Source: a virus. Taken from it: a stretch of 64,000 nt of DNA. Location of the stretch: positions 99,935-163,934 of IMG/VR virus record IMGVR_UViG_3300024346_000008, one strand, 5' to 3'. Shown piece by piece: positions 30,018 to 39,309 of this stretch. Below the pieces are notes generated by a model. The model did not search any database, was not told the origin of the DNA, and saw nothing but the letters and a program-made list of their open reading frames with translations. The position numbers and the translations under genes are program-made. How positions within the stretch are numbered: position 1 is the first letter of the stretch; each line of letters starts with the position of its first letter.

Positions 30018-31925
30018 TTAATATAATCCACCATCTATATAACTTGAAGTAAGTGCGTAGGAAGAAGTACTTGGTGTAAAGGTAATACTGGTAGCAGATG
30101 ATGCGGTAATTGCAAACGAGGAAGAAATTGCGTTACTTGCCCAACTGCTCGTTCCAAACAATGACCCAGTGTGGATGCCGATAAACGACCCTGTAAATGA
30201 ACCACTGTTAATTTGTTGAGAACTAGATACTGTTCCCACTGGAACTGGTGCATACGATGCCGTTGTGGCAAACGAGGAAGAAACTGCGTTACTTGCCCAA
30301 CTAGAAGTGCCTATAAATACACCCGTAAATGAACCGCTAAACGACCCCGTATTAATTTGCGTAGAACTAGAGACAGTACCCGTTGGAACTGGTGCGTATG
30401 ATGCGGATATTGCATTGGTAGCCCAACTTGACGTACCTATCAATGTTCCCGTCAATGACCCACTGAAAGAACCAGTATTAATTTGAATAGAACTTGACAC
30501 GGTTCCGGCGGGTAATCCAGAGGGAAGTACGTAAGATGCAGACGTTGCCCAACTTGCGGTACCAAACGTTGAACCACTATGAATACCAATAAACGACCCC
30601 GTGAAGGAGCCTGTGTTGATTTGCTGAGAACTGGACACGGTTCCCGCCGGAACTGGTGCATATGACGCAGTTGTTGCAAACGAGGAGGAGATAGCGTTAC
30701 TTGCCCAACTACTGGTGCCAATTAATGTGCCAGTGAATGACCCACTAAACGAACCAGTATTAATTTGTGCAGAACTACTAACAATTCCCGCAGGTAGTAT
30801 GGTTGGAGCAAATGATGCGGAAGTTGCAAACGAAGCAGTTGACGGAGTAAATGTTATTGAAGTTGCTGCGGAAGCAGTTGTGGCAAAGGATGCAGTTGCT
30901 GGAACAAAGGTTATGGAAGTTGCCGCACTTGCTGTTGATGCAAAGGAAGATGATACTGTATTATTTGCCCAACTTGATGTGCCGATTAAAACTCCAGTAA
31001 ACGACCCACTGAATGAACCAGTGTTAATTTGTGTTGAGGACGATACGGTTCCCACAGGAAGTACTGTTGGAGCAAATGATGCCGAGGTTGCAAATGATGC
31101 CGTTGCTGGAGTAAATGTTATTGAAGTTGCCGCACTTGCTGTTGATGCAAAGGACGATGATACTGCATTACTTGCCCAACTGGAGGTTCCTATCAATGTA
31201 CCGACAAATGACCCACTGAATGAACCTGTGTTAATTTGAGTGGAACTAGAGACTGTTCCTATTGGCAACCCACTCGGTATTATATATGAAGCAGTTGTTG
31301 CAAATGAAGCAGTACTCACCCCAGTGGCAGTTGTTATAGAATTTAATGTTCTTCCAATATATTGATATGCGGACATATATACATATTGCCCCGCAGTTGG
31401 TGTAACCGCAGATGAACTAAATTGCAATACACCTGTCTTATAATCAAACGCATAATTGTTAATAGAAATAACATCCCCGTTAGCAGGGGTCGTTGCATTT
31501 GTAGAAACAAATACCTTTGCTAAATAACCAGGTGGTGTATCTTCCGAGTTAGCATTTGCTAATGCTGAAACCGCATATTTGGGGGAAATAAAATTTGTTT
31601 GTTGACTACCAGTTATTAACTGCGCCCCAATTCCAGATGCCGACCCCGATGGGACGACGAAAAACCACACTTCGTTATTTAAGTCCGACTTTGTTAATGC
31701 TTGACGATAATAATATTTTAAGCTTCCCGAGAACGTTGATAAATGCTGCCCACTACCACTAAACGGTAAACTACTCGTAGGAATTAAATTTTGGTCAATA
31801 TAAATTTCTGTAGCATTAATATCCAACGTAGACGTAAATGCTTCTTGGGCATCGGTAAATGTTTCATGCGTATACCGTCTACTTTGAAGTAATCTTCCAG
31901 ATTTCTTTGTATTATCTATTGCCAT
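30018..31925 (-). CDS. Tail fibre-like protein with seven TGSF repeats
   Basis: N-terminal FDYKTGVLQF...YQYIG domain; seven PxGxVSSSxQINTGSF...GT[SA]SWA units; ends IDGGLY. Confidence 0.8.
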   Translation of the reverse strand: MAIDNTKKSGRLLQSRRYTHETFTDAQEAFTSTLDINATEIYIDQNLIPTSSLPFSGSGQHLSTFSGSLKYYYRQALTKSDLNNEVWFFVVPSGSASGIGAQLITGSQQTNFISPKYAVSALANANSEDTPPGYLAKVFVSTNATTPANGDVISINNYAFDYKTGVLQFSSSAVTPTAGQYVYMSAYQYIGRTLNSITTATGVSTASFATTASYIIPSGLPIGTVSSSTQINTGSFSGSFVGTLIGTSSWASNAVSSSFASTASAATSITFTPATASFATSASFAPTVLPVGTVSSSTQINTGSFSGSFTGVLIGTSSWANNTVSSSFASTASAATSITFVPATASFATTASAATSITFTPSTASFATSASFAPTILPAGIVSSSAQINTGSFSGSFTGTLIGTSSWASNAISSSFATTASYAPVPAGTVSSSQQINTGSFTGSFIGIHSGSTFGTASWATSASYVLPSGLPAGTVSSSIQINTGSFSGSLTGTLIGTSSWATNAISASYAPVPTGTVSSSTQINTGSFSGSFTGVFIGTSSWASNAVSSSFATTASYAPVPVGTVSSSQQINSGSFTGSFIGIHTGSLFGTSSWASNAISSSFAITASSATSITFTPSTSSYALTSSYIDGGLY

Positions 31926-31940
31926 TATATTCTCTTGGTC

Positions 31941-34900
31941 TTAACTGAATGTCACGGTCATGGTTGAAACTGGCACTGGGTTCCCATTATATCTAACTAA
32001 TACATATATCTCATCATAGGTTGCGTTTAAAAACATACCGTCCGCATTTCGAATAGGCACTGTATATGTTGTGGTTGCAACCGAACCACCGCTGTTTCCA
32101 TACAAAGCAATTTGTGACCCAAATGGGTTTTGTCCATCGGTATTTGCCGTAATGTTTGTTACAAAGTTTGATGTTGTTTTCGTTGGGTCATATAATCTAG
32201 CAGGTGTATATATTGAACTGTTTGATGATTCAAATAGAATTAATACACTGACAGTATCCGTTGTGGCTGTTTGCCAATCCACTAAAGTCCGTCCTAGATT
32301 TAGTGTCATAGACGTTTTTGTTGCTGCCGGAGACACTTGAAAACGACGGACATAATATTTGTATACACTTGCAGAACTTGGATTGGTTATCCAATATCCA
32401 TATGACCCACCAGGCGTTACTAAATATCCCGGCTTAACTTGTAAGTCTGTTGCGCCTAAATTATAAAATACCGATCCTGTATTCCATGCAGTTCCTGTAA
32501 AGGAAAGTATGTTATCCGTTAATTGAATGCGATGATTTTCCCCTAAGAATGATTCCGCAACCGATGTACTAGAACCACTTGGAGAAGTATCCGTTCCTTG
32601 GTTTCTTCCCCAATATGCCAACGATCCACTTGCAGCGGGTTGTCCAAACGTTCCCGCGGTATGATAAAACACGGCCTGTGCGTCTGATGTTGCTGCTCCA
32701 GCTTTATTCAATCCAGTTGTTGTTAACGTAAACGTTGTTGGTGTTACCGTGGATTGTCCAATATTGGTATTTGTACTTGCTGCAAATGTTGTTAATGCAT
32801 TAACCTTAATAGTATCAGTTTCAAATGGAACGGTGGACGTTGCACGGGCCGTAACGCCGGTAGAATCATATACTGCGTTTGCTGTTTGAATCGTCCCACC
32901 TGCAGTGGAAACCGTGGTTACCCCGGATGTTAATGTAACGCCAGTTCCGGTTGGGGTTATGGATGCAATTCCTGTATTTGCATAGTACAATGGATTAAAT
33001 GACCCCGTTACTGAGCCAGAGATAGAGTACGTTGACCCACTTAAGTATGGTGCTCCACTCAATGAACGTGATGTTGCCGTTAACGCAGTAATAACCTTAT
33101 TCACGGTTATTGTATTAGTTCCCACATTGGTGGATATCGTTGCTAACGGCGCCCAGAATATTTCATTATTGCTTGCAACTGGTGTGTTATATAATCCCGA
33201 CCCACTTGCAATAGAAATAGATGCCGAAAAATGTACGTACCCACTACTACTAACGGTCGTTGCACTTCCAGTATACAACGACGGTGCAAATGTTGCAGCA
33301 AATTTTCCATCTTGATATGCACCTGGAATAACTGCTGGATTTACCGTATTAATTTTTGCTAAGGTTACACCGGATGTCGTACCAGCACCAGTTTGTGTTA
33401 TAAGTTGCTGTGATGCAGATGTTGCTGTATCCGTCTTTGTACTATTATCTTTAAATTTAAATATAAACGACCCAGATACATTAAATGTCGTAGGTACCCC
33501 ACCGGCCAATTGTCCCAAACCAAACAATTGAGCGTCCGCCGACGACGACACCGTAGTACTACCTGCCGCAACTGAGGTGTACGTATACCCATAATTCGTT
33601 GCCGTGTAAATGGTACCAATTCCAGCAAATATTGTACTGCCGGTTTGTGCAAATCCTTTTGACGTTAGATAATTAATTGTCGTATTGGATGATGCCGATG
33701 GAATATTTCCTACGGTTACCGTACCTGTCGTGGTATTAACTTGGTTTGCCGTAACTGTACTAAACGTTTTCGTATTCGGTGCCGCATCGGGTGCAGAAGC
33801 AGATAGTAATCCCGCAACAAATCGTAATATTTCTGACACGTTGGTATTTGAGGTAAAATTATTGAAATATGAACCATTTAAACTGGTTTGCCATGCGTTT
33901 GAGGTTGGTATACCGTTAGTAATGTTAGAAGCAGAAATGGTTGTTGATGTTCCATTACTCGCGGTAATTGACCCGCCAACCGATAAGTTATTTGTTATAC
34001 TGACTGTGGTACCATTATCAGTAATTTGCGAGTCACCAATATGGTCATCGCCAGTTGCTACGGGAATTTTATTTGTGGTTAATCCAGTTTCGTTTCCCAA
34101 CGTTCCTGTATTTTTTGGACCCGCAATTATTATTGCACTATTGTATGTTGCACCACTTTCTCGTTGATATACCCACCGATTATTTAAACTATCCCAATAC
34201 AATGAACCCGTTGCTTGACCCGAACCGGAGTCTACTACCGAAATACCGCCAAATTGTACAGCAGGTGTTGAAGTATTTAATACAATTTTATTATTACCGA
34301 TGTTTAACTGCGACGAGGTAACATATTGAACGGATGACGTTCCTAGTACCGTAAGATTGCCTTGTACCAATAACTGACTTGCGGTAATCAATCCAATAAA
34401 TGATCCCGTAAATGACCCAGTATTGATTTGAGAAGAACTCGACACGATACCACTCGGAACATTACTAAGTCCCGTATACGAGACTTGTGAGGAACTGGAG
34501 ACTACTCCTGACGGGAGTCCACTTGGTAGTACATAGGATGCAGTCGTTGCCCAACTGGCGGTACCGAACAATGGCCCGGTGTGTTCTCCTATAAATGACC
34601 CCGTAAACGACCCCGTATTAATTTGGTCAGAACTACTGACCGTACCTGCTGCAACTGGGGCGTAGGATGCGGAAATAGCGTTACTTGCCCAACTACTGGT
34701 TCCTATCAATGTTCCCGTAAACGAACCGGTGTATGAACCCGTACTATATTGATTTGAACTGGAAATGGTTCCCGCAGGAACCGGAGCATATGACGCAGAA
34801 ATAACATTACTTGCCCAACTACTCGTTCCTATTAAAACACCAGTAAATGATCCCGTAAATGATCCTGTATTAACTTGACCAGAACTACTGACTATACCCG

Positions 34901-36026
34901 ATGGAATTGGAGAGTACGATGCCGATATTGCGTTATTTGCCCAACTTGCGGTTCCAAATAATGAACCCGTGATACCTTGTGTAATTGACAAGGAACCCGT
35001 TAAGGTATGATTATTATTTGATTCCAAGGTCAATTTACGAGTTACTTCTACATCACTACCACCAACAAAGAACATAATATGATTATTGGGCGTTGCATTT
35101 CCAATATGTAACATACTACCCGTAGAATACAAATATGCATCATTGGGACCGCCAATTAATCCAGTAAATTGACTACTGTTAATACCCATGTTAATATAAT
35201 TGACTTCTTCCGTTCCATTGTCGGCAGTTGCCACGATATCAGAGGATGCATCCGCGCCATTAGAATCATTTTTTAAATTAATTTGTGCATATGAGTTCGT
35301 ACTGGCCCGTGCATTGATTATATTAAATGACCCTGGAATTGCTTGTACGGCAAGTGCTTCTGGCGCGCCTGACACGGGGGAAGAAGTATTAATACCCACA
35401 AATCCTTGGGTGTCAATAAATACGCGCGCATTAGCAATTGCACTACCCGGTCCACTAAATAATATAACTCTACGATCCGGTGAGGTATTTCCAATTAGTA
35501 AATCGCCATCTCCTGCCATATACAAGTAGGCATCGTCGGCGCCACCAATAGAATCGCCGCCACTTGCGTACCCACTACCATTAATACCCATGTTAATATA
35601 ACCAAATAATTCCGTACCAGAATCCGTGGTTGCAACGATGTCAGCAGATGCGTTTGACCCCGTACTGAAATTTTTAATATTTATTTGGAAATAGTTATCT
35701 GCGGTGCCATGTACCGAGACAGCATTATAAGAAGTTGTGTCCCCAGCATAGACACCCAACACATCAGGAGCACTTGCAGTATGATTGGTAGTGGACCCAA
35801 TCAGTATACTTGATCCTGTTTGGTAGATTAAACTGGACGTTAGTGTAGTAGTACTACTCCATAATGGAATATAGTATTGTGTACCACCGGTGATGGATGA
35901 GGACGCCACCGTCTCATAATCAAATGTTTCCCATGCACCAGACTGTGAATTAAAAATTGGTACTTTTTTATGCCCAATGGCATTTAAATTTAATTCTACA
36001 GGTTGTCTACCGATTAATCTTGCCAT
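31941..36026 (-). CDS. Large tail fibre / baseplate-associated protein (1361 aa)
   Basis: Two YINMGIN modules, TGSF repeats and a Thr/Ser/Gly-rich beta C-terminal half. Confidence 0.8.
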   Translation of the reverse strand: MARLIGRQPVELNLNAIGHKKVPIFNSQSGAWETFDYETVASSSITGGTQYYIPLWSSTTTLTSSLIYQTGSSILIGSTTNHTASAPDVLGVYAGDTTSYNAVSVHGTADNYFQINIKNFSTGSNASADIVATTDSGTELFGYINMGINGSGYASGGDSIGGADDAYLYMAGDGDLLIGNTSPDRRVILFSGPGSAIANARVFIDTQGFVGINTSSPVSGAPEALAVQAIPGSFNIINARASTNSYAQINLKNDSNGADASSDIVATADNGTEEVNYINMGINSSQFTGLIGGPNDAYLYSTGSMLHIGNATPNNHIMFFVGGSDVEVTRKLTLESNNNHTLTGSLSITQGITGSLFGTASWANNAISASYSPIPSGIVSSSGQVNTGSFTGSFTGVLIGTSSWASNVISASYAPVPAGTISSSNQYSTGSYTGSFTGTLIGTSSWASNAISASYAPVAAGTVSSSDQINTGSFTGSFIGEHTGPLFGTASWATTASYVLPSGLPSGVVSSSSQVSYTGLSNVPSGIVSSSSQINTGSFTGSFIGLITASQLLVQGNLTVLGTSSVQYVTSSQLNIGNNKIVLNTSTPAVQFGGISVVDSGSGQATGSLYWDSLNNRWVYQRESGATYNSAIIIAGPKNTGTLGNETGLTTNKIPVATGDDHIGDSQITDNGTTVSITNNLSVGGSITASNGTSTTISASNITNGIPTSNAWQTSLNGSYFNNFTSNTNVSEILRFVAGLLSASAPDAAPNTKTFSTVTANQVNTTTGTVTVGNIPSASSNTTINYLTSKGFAQTGSTIFAGIGTIYTATNYGYTYTSVAAGSTTVSSSADAQLFGLGQLAGGVPTTFNVSGSFIFKFKDNSTKTDTATSASQQLITQTGAGTTSGVTLAKINTVNPAVIPGAYQDGKFAATFAPSLYTGSATTVSSSGYVHFSASISIASGSGLYNTPVASNNEIFWAPLATISTNVGTNTITVNKVITALTATSRSLSGAPYLSGSTYSISGSVTGSFNPLYYANTGIASITPTGTGVTLTSGVTTVSTAGGTIQTANAVYDSTGVTARATSTVPFETDTIKVNALTTFAASTNTNIGQSTVTPTTFTLTTTGLNKAGAATSDAQAVFYHTAGTFGQPAASGSLAYWGRNQGTDTSPSGSSTSVAESFLGENHRIQLTDNILSFTGTAWNTGSVFYNLGATDLQVKPGYLVTPGGSYGYWITNPSSASVYKYYVRRFQVSPAATKTSMTLNLGRTLVDWQTATTDTVSVLILFESSNSSIYTPARLYDPTKTTSNFVTNITANTDGQNPFGSQIALYGNSGGSVATTTYTVPIRNADGMFLNATYDEIYVLVRYNGNPVPVSTMTVTFS

Positions 36027-36035
36027 TATAATACC

Positions 36036-36383
36036 TTAGTCGTTAGCGTTTTCAAGGACCGACAATACGGCTTCTAATGAATTATTGAGATTGGTTTGAA
36101 AAATCAACGCATCATATTTTTGAAGTACCAACTTACCCGATAATGGGTTCAATGCTTCATTCGGTGGAATGTTGAAATTATTAAATAAAGTTACCATAGT
36201 GGCACTTCCAGATTTTTGTACTTTGACACTAACTTGTCTATCAAACGCAGTAATATTTGCAATTTGTGTAGACAAAATAATTGCCGATACATCTTTAGTT
36301 TGATTCTGATAAATAATATTACTTCCACTAACCAGTGGTAGTGCAAGGAGTACAAACTCATTTAGTGGTATTGCTTCAGCCAT
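36036..36383 (-). CDS. Small virion structural protein
   Basis: AIILSTQIAN...IPPNEAL..LSGKLVL...D.L...SVLE pattern; context. Confidence 0.65.
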   Translation of the reverse strand: MAEAIPLNEFVLLALPLVSGSNIIYQNQTKDVSAIILSTQIANITAFDRQVSVKVQKSGSATMVTLFNNFNIPPNEALNPLSGKLVLQKYDALIFQTNLNNSLEAVLSVLENAND

Positions 36384-36398
36384 AATATAATTCTCTTG

Positions 36399-38240
36399 TT
36401 AACTTTCAAGTGCCAAATTTAATGGAGTAAATCGTGCTGCAATTGCCTTATTAAAAGTACGTCCTTCGATAATACCGGTTGCTTGTCGAATAATAAATCC
36501 GTTTCCTGCGTAAAAATCTCCCGTTTCATCGCCTGAAGTATGGAACACTCGACCGCCGTCTTCTTCAACAATTCGTAAATTAACATTGGTTTCTCCAAGG
36601 CCTCCTTGATTTACTGGTAATGCAAGGAAATTTACCCCAGCCCCTGCATATGAAAAATCGTGAGAGGTAGATGTTGCCAATGACCCAAATAATTGCAATA
36701 AGTCTGGTAGATTTTGAATTACCGCACTGGTTATTGTATTTTTAGGAATATTAATTAATTGTTGAATTTTCGTTAATCCCGATGGGTTTAACGCACCAAA
36801 TAATGAATCGGGGTCGTTGACAATAAATTCCTTGATATACTCATACGATGCAGTAAAATCCATTGCTATTTTCTTACCATCGTTCACACGAAACGCCGCA
36901 ATTGCTCCTGATACAAACGACCCCGTTGGAGCTAATGTAAACATCTTATCAACAGAGGTATCTTGTGCTTTGAATAATCCCTGTGTGAACTGTACAATTC
37001 TTCCTGGCTGTGCTGATGCTAAGTCTGTTACCACCGCATCTATCAATAATCCCCCATCTTTTAACGATGCAGTATAAAGATGTGAACTTGTATCTAAATA
37101 GGATGCAGAATAACTTCCACTCAGTTGAAGTTTTCCAATCATATAATTTAATATACTTGTTTTTCGACTTGTTAGTATACTTGCATCAGCTGAACTTGTA
37201 TAGGTGGATACTCCCGTCTTATCTGGTACCACCAATATACGACTTCCTTTTGCTCGTATTCCATAATCACCAAACGTGGTATTAGAATTCAATAATGACG
37301 CATGACCGCCATCGATGCAGTATACGCCTGCCCGAGAAAAGTTGGTAAAGAACGATACCATTTGTCCATATCCGGCCCCACGTAAACAAATACCAATACC
37401 ATTAAACGCAACTTGGGTATATGCATCCACAATCATAGATTTCAATGGACTATACCCATCGAGTACAGAGTCATCAACAATCATACCGCCGGGACCATTG
37501 CCCACTGCTGGGTTTCCACTGGCAGATGCTAACGGCGCATAAAATTTATCGACGGGCGTTCGTGCCGCAGTACAATTTTGAATATAGGGTGATGTAGTAA
37601 TTGATGCACTTGGTGCAAAGGCAAAGAAGAATCCTTTGCGGGGGTCTTCTAAATTATCAATAACACATCCTTCCAATCGGAGTCCATATGCATAGGTACC
37701 ATTATTCATTAAGAATAAATTTTCACCGCTTGTACCGTCAGTGGGACGAACCACCACACTACGCAAATCGTCACCCAAAATAGATGTATATGCGGGAACG
37801 GTAATTGGCGCGGTTTCTACATAATATCCACTCTTAACCCGTATACTAACTTTACGTGGGCCATATGCTCCTGACCCAGATGCAATATATGCTGCAGCTG
37901 CTTGTGTTGCTTTTTTAATTGTTTTAAATGCGTAAAATATAGTACTACCATCGTGTCCAAAATCTGTATCCGACCCTTCTTGTGTTACGAAAAATACCGT
38001 TTCCAGTGGTCCCGCAGATGATGCTTGACTTGCGTTTTCTGCGTATGATGCGGTCAGTGCAAAATTAGTTAATGCGGCAACCAATGCATAACTGGAGGAG
38101 CTTGCGTAATCGGCAACAGTAAGATACCCACTGGCCGTCGTGGCAGTGATGGTTGCAGGAGTATCTACAACAACTTTGTAGGTATCTCCTGTATTAACAA
38201 CGACTGTAAGGTCTGGAATATCAAGTTTTATTTGACTCAT
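36399..38240 (-). CDS. Tail protein with right-handed beta-helix (pectin-lyase-like)
   Basis: FFVTQEGSD...G.....AFKTIKKA, VKSGYYVE..PI.VP...SILGDDLR, SPYIQNC, SMIVDAYTQ, NSNTTFGDYG and SGDETGDF motifs. Confidence 0.75.
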   Translation of the reverse strand: MSQIKLDIPDLTVVVNTGDTYKVVVDTPATITATTASGYLTVADYASSSSYALVAALTNFALTASYAENASQASSAGPLETVFFVTQEGSDTDFGHDGSTIFYAFKTIKKATQAAAAYIASGSGAYGPRKVSIRVKSGYYVETAPITVPAYTSILGDDLRSVVVRPTDGTSGENLFLMNNGTYAYGLRLEGCVIDNLEDPRKGFFFAFAPSASITTSPYIQNCTAARTPVDKFYAPLASASGNPAVGNGPGGMIVDDSVLDGYSPLKSMIVDAYTQVAFNGIGICLRGAGYGQMVSFFTNFSRAGVYCIDGGHASLLNSNTTFGDYGIRAKGSRILVVPDKTGVSTYTSSADASILTSRKTSILNYMIGKLQLSGSYSASYLDTSSHLYTASLKDGGLLIDAVVTDLASAQPGRIVQFTQGLFKAQDTSVDKMFTLAPTGSFVSGAIAAFRVNDGKKIAMDFTASYEYIKEFIVNDPDSLFGALNPSGLTKIQQLINIPKNTITSAVIQNLPDLLQLFGSLATSTSHDFSYAGAGVNFLALPVNQGGLGETNVNLRIVEEDGGRVFHTSGDETGDFYAGNGFIIRQATGIIEGRTFNKAIAARFTPLNLALES

Positions 38241-38241
38241 A

Positions 38242-38592
38242 TTATCTGGTCACCGTTGGACGCACTGTTAATCCTCCTTCCAGTATTCGTCGAATAACTG
38301 GGCCCGTTGAGCCACTGGTAATATTTACATCATACACATATTTACGTTGTGTTAATTGCAATGTTTGTTCGGCGTCTAATTTGATAAACAAACTACCCGA
38401 TGTATATGGAATTGCCTTTTCAAACGAAAACGTGGCAGCAACTTCATCCGTGGTGTAATTTTCCCGTAATTGGCCGGTGAATGTGTAATTCGTAATGTCT
38501 AACGGAATATTATTATCACTACGATTTTTTAATTGTAAAAGTATTTTAAATGTTTCCCCTTGACCAATTTGAAAATCGGTAATGTCTGCCAT
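38242..38592 (-). CDS. Small Ig-like virion adaptor protein
   Basis: IGQGETF...PLDITNYTF.GQLR...YVYDV....RILEG.LTV.P.VTR motif common in T4-like virion modules. Confidence 0.72.
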   Translation of the reverse strand: MADITDFQIGQGETFKILLQLKNRSDNNIPLDITNYTFTGQLRENYTTDEVAATFSFEKAIPYTSGSLFIKLDAEQTLQLTQRKYVYDVNITSGSTGPVIRRILEGGLTVRPTVTR

Positions 38593-38620
38593 AGAATTCT
38601 CATTATAAAGACGACTCTAG

Positions 38621-38630
38621 TATAAATATC
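38621..38630 (-). promoter_or_regulatory. Putative late promoter motif GATATTTATA
   Basis: Recurrent intergenic motif, about 29 nt upstream of ATG 38592. Confidence 0.65.
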
Positions 38631-38674
38631 AAAACCCACACTAATAGAGTGTTTTTATACAAATTTATATACAA

Positions 38675-38710
38675 AATCTCCACAACGTATTAAGTAACGT
38701 TGTGGAGATT
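38675..38710 (-). terminator. Intrinsic terminator-like hairpin downstream of the tail tube gene
   Basis: 14-bp perfect stem aatctccacaacgt/acgttgtggagatt. Confidence 0.7.
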
Positions 38711-38732
38711 CTATACTTACCAACCCATCAAA

Positions 38733-39221
38733 TTAATAATTGAGTACGCAGTAATCGGGTTGAATTTCAAGTGTAATTTCTACTTGCGTATCTTCACTCC
38801 ACGCCATATCACCAAATGTTGCACTTGTAATTTGTGCGCCTTTGATAATCCACTCTTCAACTTTGTCACCCACTGGACCAAGAATATTGAGTGTTAAATC
38901 TTTCTTGTAAAATTCAAGATATCCATCACGACCAGTTACCGATTCGTGATGAAGACGAACCCATTCCATGACTGCTTGAGCGCCAGAAGGAACGATGGGA
39001 TCATATAACGTTAATTGCATCGTACCCCATTTACTTTTACCCTTCACATATCGTTGTAAATTGATATGATCAAGAGGTTTTGCTTCTTGGGTTAATTTGG
39101 GACGAGATACTTTATTTACAAGATATGAAGGAATTCCATCCATATAGAGGATGAAACGATTCTTCATTTTTGGTTCAAATGCTGTGAAGAACAGTTCTTG
39201 TTCTGATACTAGGTTTGCCAT
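38733..39221 (-). CDS. gp19: Tail tube protein (T4 gp19-like)
   Basis: FEPKMKNRF, YVKGKSKW, LYDPI.PSGAQAVMEW, YKKD, GPVGDKVEEW and DYCVLNY; follows the sheath gene. Confidence 0.9.
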   Translation of the reverse strand: MANLVSEQELFFTAFEPKMKNRFILYMDGIPSYLVNKVSRPKLTQEAKPLDHINLQRYVKGKSKWGTMQLTLYDPIVPSGAQAVMEWVRLHHESVTGRDGYLEFYKKDLTLNILGPVGDKVEEWIIKGAQITSATFGDMAWSEDTQVEITLEIQPDYCVLNY

Positions 39222-39247
39222 GTATAATCTCCGAAAGGATATCTAAC

Positions 39248-39256
39248 TATAAATAT
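39248..39256 (-). promoter_or_regulatory. Putative late promoter motif ATATTTATA (tail tube)
   Basis: About 27 nt upstream of ATG 39221. Confidence 0.65.
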
Positions 39257-39263
39257 AAGAAGG

Positions 39264-39308
39264 TTGAAAATTGTGAGGGGAGATTTTACCTCCCCCCACG
39301 TTTCTCAA
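39264..39308 (-). terminator. Imperfect GC-rich hairpin between sheath and tube genes
   Basis: gtggggggagg...tctcccctcac on the minus strand, followed by aattttc. Confidence 0.5.
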
Positions 39309-39309
39309 T

